From IMG/VR virus record IMGVR_UViG_3300045747_000454, positions 52,034-116,033 of that record: a stretch of 64,000 nt of DNA. One strand, given 5' to 3'. Position numbers and translations under genes: made by a program. Below the pieces are notes generated by a model that ran no database searches, was not told the DNA's origin, and saw only the letters and a program-made list of their open reading frames with translations. Source of the DNA: a virus. Positions 39,168 through 47,625 of this stretch are shown here, in pieces. Numbering within the stretch: position 1 is the stretch's first letter; every line of letters starts with the position of its first letter.

Positions 39168-39753
39168 CCTCTTTGAAGATGACAGCGAATCGCTTGAGGA
39201 CGCCATCAAGCTCTGTCAACCGTACCTCTCAATGCCTGGCGCCAAGACCGGCTTGCTCTGGCGTGGCGTCAACACAGAGGACGATCGCTTTCAGCGAGAT
39301 GAGCAGGACGACGGCACGGTTATCTCGTGGGGCATCTTCAACCGTCGAAACTATCGTCAGCCGAAGTCAACACCACTCGAGTACTCTGAGGCTATGGACG
39401 AGGTCTTCAAGAAGGAGTTTGGTTGGAAGCCTCGTCAGCAGGGCGTCTTCGTCACTGGCTCGCGTGGGCACGCATCTGGCTACGGCAAGGAGTACGTCTG
39501 CGTTCCTATTGGTCCGACGCGCTTCGTGTGGTCTGGCAATGTTGAAGACCTGTTCATCATTTGCCAGAACTTTCGCGAGCGACAGGGCGACTCCGTTGAG
39601 AAGTTCAAGAAGTTCCTCCTGACGCTTGATTACATCGACACTGATCTATCGCGCGCCATCAAGTCGCATCACGAGATCATGCTCGACTGCGATAGCTATC
39701 TGCTGCTGTACACCAACGATCGTAGCAAGATCAAAACGCTACTAGGCATGTAA
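39154..39753 (+). CDS. array-1 paralogue 5, putative ART-fold internal head protein
   Basis: LWRG / GVFVT..ASGYG / HEIMLDC; leader MKLSDLFE. Confidence 0.6.
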   Translation: MKLSDLFEDDSESLEDAIKLCQPYLSMPGAKTGLLWRGVNTEDDRFQRDEQDDGTVISWGIFNRRNYRQPKSTPLEYSEAMDEVFKKEFGWKPRQQGVFVTGSRGHASGYGKEYVCVPIGPTRFVWSGNVEDLFIICQNFRERQGDSVEKFKKFLLTLDYIDTDLSRAIKSHHEIMLDCDSYLLLYTNDRSKIKTLLGM

Positions 39754-40415
39754 TGATTCTACAAGACCTCTTCGAAGCAAAGGCGACCATCGCCTCAACC
39801 ATCGCTCGCTGCAAGCCATACCTCAGCATGCCTGGCGCCAAGACCGGCTTGCTGTATCGTGGCATCGAGCTGTCGTGGAAGGACTATCGCCACGAGGAGG
39901 TGACGCTGCCAAGTGGTGAGGTCATCGCCATTGACTGGACGATTCTGAAGCGTCGAGTCGGTCGTGAGCCGACCGCAACGCCACACGCGTACGCTTCTGC
40001 GGCTGATGACTTCTTCAACGAGAAGTTTGGTTGGCGCTGTCGGTCGGCTGGTACGTTTGCAACTGGGTACGAGCTTGAGACCGGCATCTACGGCGACACG
40101 CACATTTTTCTGCCGATCGGCAAGACCCGCTTCGTGTGGTCAGACTTCGTTCGCGACATGTACGAGCTGGTGAACAAGATTCGAATGTCGCCAAAATTTA
40201 GCAACCTCAATGATGACGAGCGCATGAAGGCTCTCGTCGAAAAGCTTGAGAGCTCTGACTACGTCAGCAGCGGTCTGGGTGATGCTATTCGTTCGCGCAA
40301 GGAGATCATGGTCGACTGCGGCAGCTACATTGCTGTTCTGGTTGACCGAAACAGCACTACCGTGAACGATGTGGCAACCCGTAAATACATCAAAGACCTG
40401 ACTGGCATCTCATGA
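39753..40415 (+). CDS. array-1 paralogue 6, putative ART-fold internal head protein
   Basis: LYRG / GTFAT..TGIYG / KEIMVDC; leader MILQDLFE. Confidence 0.6.
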   Translation: MILQDLFEAKATIASTIARCKPYLSMPGAKTGLLYRGIELSWKDYRHEEVTLPSGEVIAIDWTILKRRVGREPTATPHAYASAADDFFNEKFGWRCRSAGTFATGYELETGIYGDTHIFLPIGKTRFVWSDFVRDMYELVNKIRMSPKFSNLNDDERMKALVEKLESSDYVSSGLGDAIRSRKEIMVDCGSYIAVLVDRNSTTVNDVATRKYIKDLTGIS

Positions 40416-41092
40416 ACCTACGAGACCTCTTCGAAGTTAAGAAGCCTGCGCTTCATCCATCTGAGCTCGGCGACCTACTTGCCGCCGATGCTGGGAAGTA
40501 TCTCAACACTGCTGGCGTGAAGACAAGCTTTCTGTACCGTGGTCTGACCGTCCCGCTTCAGAGCTACACGACCGAGGAGATCGACGGTAGCGAGGTGTCG
40601 TGGATCATCATGGACGCACGCCGTGATCGCGAACCCGTGAGCACGCCGAAGGCGTTCTCTAACGCCGCTGACGCCTACTTCAATCAGCACTTTCGTTGGA
40701 CGCCACGCCGCGATGGCACCTTCGCCGTCAAGAACCTCAGTCTCGCTCGCGACTACGGCGAGGGTAACATCTTCATTCCGCTCGGCGACTTTCGCTTCAT
40801 CTGGTCTGAGGACATTGCCGACCTCTACATCGCCTACGATGAGATCAAAGAGGACTGGTATGAAGCCAACCTGTCGAGAGACGAGATGATTGAGAAGTGG
40901 GTCGAGTATCTTGACACAGCTGGCTACACCAATCAAGACCTTGGGCGCGCTATTGCATCTGATCATGAGATCATGTTCGACTGCAATCAGTATCTGCTCG
41001 TTCATCTTCCGCTGTCTCGTGGTCCGAACGGTGGCACTGCTGTCGCTAAGGTCATGACCGCCCTCACCGGCATCAAGTACGGATACAAATGA
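40412..41092 (+). CDS. array-1 paralogue 7, putative ART-fold internal head protein
   Basis: LYRG / GTFAV..ARDYG / HEIMFDC; leader MNLRDLFE. Confidence 0.6.
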   Translation: MNLRDLFEVKKPALHPSELGDLLAADAGKYLNTAGVKTSFLYRGLTVPLQSYTTEEIDGSEVSWIIMDARRDREPVSTPKAFSNAADAYFNQHFRWTPRRDGTFAVKNLSLARDYGEGNIFIPLGDFRFIWSEDIADLYIAYDEIKEDWYEANLSRDEMIEKWVEYLDTAGYTNQDLGRAIASDHEIMFDCNQYLLVHLPLSRGPNGGTAVAKVMTALTGIKYGYK

Positions 41093-41877
41093 TCTCTAAC
41101 TACCACTTTGACAATCAGCTGCGCGCTTACATGCTGCAGTTCGTCAGCATCTTCTACGGACTGCAGGTGCAGACTGGCAAGGGCGAGTGCGATGAACCTG
41201 AGTTCATTCAAGTGCCAGTCGTCATCGGCAACAAGGACAAGGTCGTTGCTGCCATCATGACTGGCAACACCAACAATCGGTCGTTCGCGCTGCCGCTGAT
41301 GTCTGCTCACCTCGTCTCACTTGCACAGGCGCCAGAGCGCCGCAAGGTGCAGGCGTACGTCGACCAGCGCGTCACGATGAAGGCTGGTGGTGTGTTCCCA
41401 GATGACCTGACGGTTGTCAAGCGCGCCATGCCAATCCCATACAACATGACGCTCGAGCTGTCCATCTACGCCTCGAACATGCAGCAGCGCGATCAGATTC
41501 TCGAGCAGCTGCTGGTGCTGTTCAACCCAGACCTGCAGATTCAAAAGAGCGATGGACCATTCGACTGGACGAAGTTGACGAAGGTCGAGCTGACCGACAT
41601 CAGCAACGAGGAGAATTATCCGACTGGCACTGACAAGCGGATAATCACCTGGACTCTAATGTTCGAGGTTCCAATCTATCTGAGCATTCCAATGGGCGTC
41701 AAGGACGATCTGGTGCGCCGCATCACGATTCGCATCGGCGACCTTGACAGCATGCAGATTGGCGTCGTTGATGAGAACGGTGAGATTCTGCCGTTCGGCA
41801 CCGTGCTGACCACGCTTGACATCACGACTCGCGACCCGTCTGGTCCGACACCATTCCCACCGACGCCACTGCCATGA
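41089..41877 (+). CDS. tail terminator / sheath stabiliser, gp15-like
   Basis: Y.FD.QLR.Y..QF..IF; VPV..G; LP.MS; PIPYNMT.ELSIYA.N..Q..QILEQ.L.LFNP. Confidence 0.88.
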   Translation: MISNYHFDNQLRAYMLQFVSIFYGLQVQTGKGECDEPEFIQVPVVIGNKDKVVAAIMTGNTNNRSFALPLMSAHLVSLAQAPERRKVQAYVDQRVTMKAGGVFPDDLTVVKRAMPIPYNMTLELSIYASNMQQRDQILEQLLVLFNPDLQIQKSDGPFDWTKLTKVELTDISNEENYPTGTDKRIITWTLMFEVPIYLSIPMGVKDDLVRRITIRIGDLDSMQIGVVDENGEILPFGTVLTTLDITTRDPSGPTPFPPTPLP

Positions 41878-43421
41878 TCACCTTTCGTCAGTATCTAGAA
41901 GAGCGCTCGATGAGCGCAACTGAGCTTGAGAAGGTCGCGACTCGGCACGCCAACACTGCGAAGATCGGCTTCGAGTTCGAGTTCGCCCTGCCGCCTGGAC
42001 ATCGCCTCATCTCCGCCGAGAGCAACGAGATGCGCGACACGGCAACGCTCGACGAGTTCGATGACATGGAGGAGCTGCTGCACGCTCTTGGTGCTGCTCG
42101 CCGAGACTTCAGCAGCTTCAACAGCGCCTACAACGATTGGAAGGAAGAAGCTCAGAACCTCTGGGTTGATGAGAACTGGAACGCCTATAACGAGAATGAT
42201 GAAGATGAGGGGCGCAGCGAAGCGTTGGATTACTACGAACGCAGAGAAGCTGAAGGCATGACCGAGCTCGAGTTCGTCAAGAGCGAGTATGGCAGTCGCC
42301 TTGAGATGCTGGCTCACTTTGGCGTGTCGCCAGACCACGGCTGGAGCGACGAGCGCAACAACGACCGATCAGCCTTCTACACCTCGCAAGCATCTGAGGA
42401 CGATGAGAAGTTCACGCACGAGCTTGTCGCCAAGGAGCTGCACAGCGACCTCGGCGTTGACATCGTTGTCCCAGCAATTGAACCACACGAACCGTCGACG
42501 CAGTGGATGGTGGTGCCAGATGGTTCAATCAGCGGTGGCAGCGGCGTCGAGGTCGTTTCACCACCGTTGCCGCTGAAGGAAGGTCTTGAGAAGCTTGCTG
42601 AGATGTTCGCGTGGATGAAGAGCCAGTACGTCATCACCAACGCGAGCACGGGCTTTCACATCAACGTCAGCACGCCAAATCTTTCGAACCTCGACCCAGT
42701 CAAGCTCATCGTCTTTCTCGGTGAGAAGCACGTGTTGACACAGTTCAATCGGGTGCTGAACACCTACACATCGCAGCAGTCTGAGCGCATCATCAACTCA
42801 GTCGGCTCATCAGGCAAAATGCCGAAGGAGGCGCAAGCGCTCATCGACCTGGCAAAGTCGGTGCTGTCCAATCAGAAGTACTCGTCGGTCAATCTGAGCA
42901 AGCTGGCGCACGGCTATCTTGAGTTTCGCATCGTCGGCAACGAGAACTATCACAAGCGCCTGAACGAGGTTCGCTCAGCCTCGCTGCGCTTCGTCTCAGC
43001 GCTTGAGGTCGCCTGCGACCCTGACGCCGAGCGCAAGCTGTACCTGAAGAAGCTGGCAGCGATGATGGACCTCGGTACGACGCGCGACCACAACGATGAC
43101 TTCGACAATCGCCCAATCACCGACATTCTCGACATGGCGAGCGAGAACAATCTACCGTATGACCAAATGATGGAGATGGCGAAGAAGGGCAACGTCACGG
43201 CAGTGCAGCGCGGCAAGGCGGTGAACTTCATCATCAACATTCTGATGGAGCAGCTTCACTCTTCATTTGTCTCACTCGGCATCAAGCATCCAAGCGCGCG
43301 CCACCGTGCTGAGCTGAAGCTGCTGCTGAAGCGCCTTGGAGTGACAACGGATGACCTTCACGCGGTGGCAGACAGACCTGAAAGTACCCTCAACCTTCGT
43401 TGGTTCTTCGCCGAAAAGTGA
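41874..43421 (+). CDS. amidoligase (COOH-NH2 ligase) family enzyme with capsid-targeting-like leader
   Basis: IGFEFE, DGSI, EVVSPP, NASTGFHINVS, KY.SVN, LEFR; leader MITFRQYLEE. Confidence 0.8.
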   Translation: MITFRQYLEERSMSATELEKVATRHANTAKIGFEFEFALPPGHRLISAESNEMRDTATLDEFDDMEELLHALGAARRDFSSFNSAYNDWKEEAQNLWVDENWNAYNENDEDEGRSEALDYYERREAEGMTELEFVKSEYGSRLEMLAHFGVSPDHGWSDERNNDRSAFYTSQASEDDEKFTHELVAKELHSDLGVDIVVPAIEPHEPSTQWMVVPDGSISGGSGVEVVSPPLPLKEGLEKLAEMFAWMKSQYVITNASTGFHINVSTPNLSNLDPVKLIVFLGEKHVLTQFNRVLNTYTSQQSERIINSVGSSGKMPKEAQALIDLAKSVLSNQKYSSVNLSKLAHGYLEFRIVGNENYHKRLNEVRSASLRFVSALEVACDPDAERKLYLKKLAAMMDLGTTRDHNDDFDNRPITDILDMASENNLPYDQMMEMAKKGNVTAVQRGKAVNFIINILMEQLHSSFVSLGIKHPSARHRAELKLLLKRLGVTTDDLHAVADRPESTLNLRWFFAEK

Positions 43422-43514
43422 GTCGAAAACGATGGCGTGAAATCGTCATCGCCATAAATACTCCCATGAACAATCAGAACGGTCGTTGACCGTCTACTCA
43501 GGAGAAAATCAAAC

Positions 43515-45368
43515 ATGGCAGCTCTCATTTCACCGGGCGTAAGCGTAACGGTCACCGACCAAAGCTTCTTCTTCCCGACCGCTGCGGCGACAGTCCCGCT
43601 CATCTTCCTGGCAACTCGCGCCAACAAGCGTCAGGCTGACGGCGTCTCGACGGCGTCTGGCACGCTTGAAAGTGGCGTCGTTCGCACCATCACCTCAGTG
43701 ACGCAGTCGCTGCAGCTGTATGGCGTGCCGTACTTCCACACCGACATCTCTGGTCAGGGTCTGCACGGCGATGCTCGCAATGAGTACGGTCTGTTCACGC
43801 TGAACAACTTCCTCGGCATCGGCAACCGTGCCTTCGTCGTTCGCGCCAACATCGACCTGAATGACCAGACCGACACCTTCATGTCGCTCGGCACTCCAGT
43901 CGCTGAGAACCTTCAGTTCGTTGGTCTCGGCACTGGCACTTGCACTGGCATCAGCGCTGCATCAAGCCTGGTCAAGACGCAGACGATCACTGTGACCTTC
44001 TCAAGCCCAACGTCCTTCGGCATCACTGGCTCGGTCAGCGGCTACATCACCGCCGGCAACGTCGGTCAACCATTGCCAGTCGCATCGCCAATTCAGCTGT
44101 CGATCACCGCTGGTGCTGGTGTTGGTTCGCACGCCTTCGTCGCTGGCGACAAGTTCACCTTCGATCTCGTTTACGCTGCTACCCCAGCCGTTGGCAACAC
44201 GGGTAATGGCACCGTCACAAGTCTGCGCACTGACGCTTATCTGACGAACAGCGTTTGGACCATCACGTTCTCGTCACCGACCGCCTACTCGGTGTCTGAC
44301 GGCATCAACACTCCAGACTCTGGCGTCGTTGGCTCGCCGTTCGACAACAACAAGCTGAACTTCACCATTCTGGCTGGCACACTCCCGTTCGTCGCTGGCG
44401 ACGAGTTCGACATCACCGCAGCTCAAGTTCAAATCGTCTCGCCGCTCGGCTCGACCGACCTGGCTCGTCGCGGTGAGATCGCCAAGGCTCTGCGCGCCGC
44501 GATTGGTCTCAACGTCGAAATCCGTTCTGAGCTCTATGAGTACAACCTCATTGTCTGCCCAGGCAACTACGACGTCGCAGCCTCGCTCATCGACCTCGCC
44601 AACAGCATTCACGACGAAGCCTTCGTTCTGCTCGACACACCGTGCGACCTGAACCCAGAGCAAGTCACATCGTGGGCAATGACCTCGAAGCGTCAAGGCG
44701 GCAACGGCAACGCGTACTACTACCCATGGGCCATTCAGTCGAACCTCGACGGCGCCCTCGTGTTGATCCCGCCATCGGCTGTCGCGCTGCGCACGCTGGC
44801 TTTCAGCGATGATCAGTCGTACGTCTGGTTCGCACCAGCCGGTACCGCTCGTGGTCGCACCTTCGGCATTCAGTCGGTTGGCTACGTCACCGGCACGCTC
44901 GGCACCGCAACGACCTTCATCGAGACGAACCTGAACCAAGGTCAGCGCGATGACATGTACATTCAAGGCCACGCCATCAACCCAATCACATTCTTCCCAG
45001 GTCGTGGTACCCTCGTCTGGGGTCAGAAGACCTCGCAGTACGACTCGTCAGCCATGGACCGTATCAACGTCGTCCGTGGTGTCATGTTCCTGCGTCGTGT
45101 GCTTCGCAAGGGTGCGATGCCGTTCGTGTTCGAACCGAATGACCAGATCACTCGTGACAACCTGAAGGCAGCCGCCGACGCTCTGCTCAGTGACATGATG
45201 GTCAAGCGCGGTCTCTATGACTTCGCCACCTACTGCGATGGCACGAACAACACGCCAACCGTGATCGACAACAACCAGCTGATCCTGGACATTGCCATCA
45301 AGCCAACGCGTGCGGCAGAGTTCATCTCCATCCCAATCCGCGTCGTGGCTACTTCAGCCACTATCTAA
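43515..45368 (+). CDS. tail sheath protein, gp18-like
   Basis: SPGVSVTVTDQS; YYPW; WFAPAG..RG; RD.MY...INPI; WGQKT; DRINV.R; FEPND..TR; IKPTRAAEFI; TAAATA at 43455-43460. Confidence 0.96.
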   Translation: MAALISPGVSVTVTDQSFFFPTAAATVPLIFLATRANKRQADGVSTASGTLESGVVRTITSVTQSLQLYGVPYFHTDISGQGLHGDARNEYGLFTLNNFLGIGNRAFVVRANIDLNDQTDTFMSLGTPVAENLQFVGLGTGTCTGISAASSLVKTQTITVTFSSPTSFGITGSVSGYITAGNVGQPLPVASPIQLSITAGAGVGSHAFVAGDKFTFDLVYAATPAVGNTGNGTVTSLRTDAYLTNSVWTITFSSPTAYSVSDGINTPDSGVVGSPFDNNKLNFTILAGTLPFVAGDEFDITAAQVQIVSPLGSTDLARRGEIAKALRAAIGLNVEIRSELYEYNLIVCPGNYDVAASLIDLANSIHDEAFVLLDTPCDLNPEQVTSWAMTSKRQGGNGNAYYYPWAIQSNLDGALVLIPPSAVALRTLAFSDDQSYVWFAPAGTARGRTFGIQSVGYVTGTLGTATTFIETNLNQGQRDDMYIQGHAINPITFFPGRGTLVWGQKTSQYDSSAMDRINVVRGVMFLRRVLRKGAMPFVFEPNDQITRDNLKAAADALLSDMMVKRGLYDFATYCDGTNNTPTVIDNNQLILDIAIKPTRAAEFISIPIRVVATSATI

Positions 45369-45387
45369 GTCGACCAGCGCGTCGACG

Positions 45388-45409
45388 AATGGGGACCTAG
45401 GTCCCCGTT
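45388..45409. terminator. hairpin/palindrome after the sheath gene
   Basis: aatGGGGACCTAGGTCCCCgtt followed by TAAATA at 45414-45419. Confidence 0.6.
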
Positions 45410-45450
45410 GCTGTAAATAGACGCAGCACAATCCACACCGGAGATGACAC

Positions 45451-46089
45451 ATGAAGGTCACTGAACTATTCGAAGCCTACTCAGTTCTGCCAAAGCTTGA
45501 GAACATTGGAACCATCGGCGTCAAGCAGGCTGGCAACGTCTACACCGTGTCAGCCAGCGCCAAGTCAGGTCCCATCGTGGCCGGCATCATGAGCGTTTGC
45601 AAGACGCTCGGCAGCAAGAAGGGCTACACGCTCAAGACCCTCACTGGCAAGGTCATCGACCAATCGGTGCTGTTCAAGCTCTATGACACTCGCCCATACG
45701 GCGTGAAGGTCGTGTCCGACGAGCCGAACGCCGCCGAGGTGATTCAGAAGGCAGCGGAGTCCGCTACCGCTGGAGTCATCTCTGACTTCAAGAAGATGGT
45801 GCAGCACAAGAAGGACGCGCCGAAGCGTAAGGCTGAAGCGTCGAAGTACGCTGCCGCTGGTCGCCGTGAAGACATGAAGAAGTACGACGAGCTCTACGGC
45901 AAGGGTACTTGGAACCGTGTCACGTACAAGCAAGAAGGTGGCGACGACGGCTATCAGTACGTCGTGCGCGTCGATGGCAGAGTGATTGACAATGGTCTCA
46001 CGCTGTCTTCAGCCAAGTACGAGAAGCGTGAAGCGGTCAAGCGTCTCGCCAAGAAGGAAGGTCTGGGAACCTTCGGGAAGAAGTCATGA
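45451..46089 (+). CDS. basic hypothetical protein with leader MKVTELFE
   Basis: Late promoter, GGAG RBS. Confidence 0.75.
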   Translation: MKVTELFEAYSVLPKLENIGTIGVKQAGNVYTVSASAKSGPIVAGIMSVCKTLGSKKGYTLKTLTGKVIDQSVLFKLYDTRPYGVKVVSDEPNAAEVIQKAAESATAGVISDFKKMVQHKKDAPKRKAEASKYAAAGRREDMKKYDELYGKGTWNRVTYKQEGGDDGYQYVVRVDGRVIDNGLTLSSAKYEKREAVKRLAKKEGLGTFGKKS

Positions 46090-46433
46090 AGGTAACTGAA
46101 CTATTCGAAAGTCTGGCACCAGGTCAAGCGGCTTGGAAGGCTGAGATGACGAAAAAGGGAGCCGTCAAGTTCAAGCGCGACGAGCACGGCGGTGGCGCCG
46201 TTGATCGCATCGTCGCCTACAACGAGGCTGGCAAGGTCGTTGGTGGCTTCAATCTGAAGGCACGCGTCGCCGAAGGCGTCAAGGACAACTCCGAGAAGCT
46301 GGCAACGCTGAAGCGCCGCCTTCGTGAGCTGACAACTGACTTTCACAACATGGGCTACACCTTCGGTGAGGCTGAGCGCAAGCTTCGCGTCAAGCAGATC
46401 AAAGACGAGATTGCCGAGATCGAGGCGAAGTGA
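46086..46433 (+). CDS. hypothetical protein with leader MKVTELFE
   Basis: Same 8-aa leader as the upstream gene; ATGA overlap. Confidence 0.75.
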   Translation: MKVTELFESLAPGQAAWKAEMTKKGAVKFKRDEHGGGAVDRIVAYNEAGKVVGGFNLKARVAEGVKDNSEKLATLKRRLRELTTDFHNMGYTFGEAERKLRVKQIKDEIAEIEAK

Positions 46434-46993
46434 TCACCTTCAAGCAGTTCCTCGAAGAGGAAGAACGAACCATCCACGCCAAGAAGATCAAGGACGCAAA
46501 GCCTTGGTCTGCTAAGCTGGCTGAGGGCGACTACACCATCGGTGACGTCACGTTCAGCGCAGCCAATGGTCTTGGCGCGGTGCCGTACAATCAAGAGGTC
46601 AACTACTTCGGCTTCGTCGGGATGACAAAGCCATCAACGTTTCTAGAGCTCGCTCTGCCGCACGACGGTCAGCGTGAGCTTGACGCGAGCAACATTCAGC
46701 GGCTGATTGAGGAGGGCTACGCGTGTGGCATTCCGTTCATGCAGCTTCGACTGAACGACGAGGGTCTGCCACGCATCGAGGGGCATGAGGGTCGAGCTCG
46801 CATGATTGCCATTCAGAAGATTCTCGGCGATCAACCAATCCCAGTTCACTTTCTGCTGATGAACGGACTGCGCTCGAAGAACCTGACGCCAGAGCGTCTC
46901 GAAGCTATTCGGGATGGCATCGAGTCTGAGAACGGCAGCAAGTACGTTCGACATCCATTCTCACGAATCTACGTCAAGGGCGAAGCCGCCTAA
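46430..46993 (+). CDS. ParB/sulfiredoxin-like domain protein with leader MITFKQFLEE
   Basis: P..FL.LA...I...IEEG...GIPF.....RIEGHEGRARMIAI..I.GD..IPV. Confidence 0.6.
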   Translation: MITFKQFLEEEERTIHAKKIKDAKPWSAKLAEGDYTIGDVTFSAANGLGAVPYNQEVNYFGFVGMTKPSTFLELALPHDGQRELDASNIQRLIEEGYACGIPFMQLRLNDEGLPRIEGHEGRARMIAIQKILGDQPIPVHFLLMNGLRSKNLTPERLEAIRDGIESENGSKYVRHPFSRIYVKGEAA

Positions 46994-46998
46994 AACGA

Positions 46999-47024
46999 CA
47001 ATGGGAGTCGACTAACTCCCATTG
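46999..47024. terminator. hairpin between convergent operons
   Basis: CAATGGGAGT-cgacta-ACTCCCATTG. Confidence 0.7.
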
Positions 47025-47039
47025 GGTGAACCGCACGCG

Positions 47040-47077
47040 ATTCCTTATTTGCCTACTAATGCTATTAAATGTGCGCG
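47040..47077 (-). repeat. 38-nt AT-rich dispersed element, copy 2
   Basis: Reverse complement cgcgcacatttaatagcattagtaggcaaataaggaat; includes the kinase stop codon. Confidence 0.9.
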
Positions 47078-47625
47078 AGTGATTTTGTGATCACGAAGTA
47101 GACGCACATGTCGAACACGTAGTCGCTCCACATCGTCCGAGTCGTTGGTTGATCATCGGTATCACGGTCGAGGACCTGATAGTTGGTGCCGTACTTCTGG
47201 TACTCTGTGAGACCGGCATTGAACTGCTCAACGGTTAACTTGATGCGATCGTCGACGAAGGGTTGCGTGACGGGTGGTCGAGTGAAGAAGACCTCGAGCA
47301 CGTCGAACCGACGTAGAAACTCTGCGTGATAGAACTCAGACACAGCGGTCGACTCGCCACGCAGCACCTTGTCGTAGACGAGGTTCGACACGACGAAGCG
47401 GTCGAGCAGATAGACCTTGGACGGGTCGAGCAGCTCGAACATCGAGAACAGCAGCTCGAAGTCCTTCTCGGTGTTGATGCGCAGCAGGTCGCCAGACGGC
47501 AGCGTCTTCTTGAACTCGATGATGTGCGCAGCACCAGGACACGCGTGCTTCACTTGGCGCATCATCGTTGACTTGCCGCAGTTGTCCATGCCGTCGAAGA
47601 CAATGAAGCTAGTTTTTGCAGACAC
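47065..47625 (-). CDS. dNMP (thymidylate-like) kinase
   Basis: IVFDGMDNCGKST P-loop, LLDRF..S..VY; GTG 47625 with AGGAG RBS. Confidence 0.85.
   Translation of the reverse strand: MSAKTSFIVFDGMDNCGKSTMMRQVKHACPGAAHIIEFKKTLPSGDLLRINTEKDFELLFSMFELLDPSKVYLLDRFVVSNLVYDKVLRGESTAVSEFYHAEFLRRFDVLEVFFTRPPVTQPFVDDRIKLTVEQFNAGLTEYQKYGTNYQVLDRDTDDQPTTRTMWSDYVFDMCVYFVITKSLAHI

Noticed and set aside
36567-41092. Diversity-generating retroelement or invertible cassette as the source of the paralogue arrays
   Set aside because: There is no reverse transcriptase, recombinase or near-identical template/variable repeat pair in the window, and divergence is spread along the whole genes
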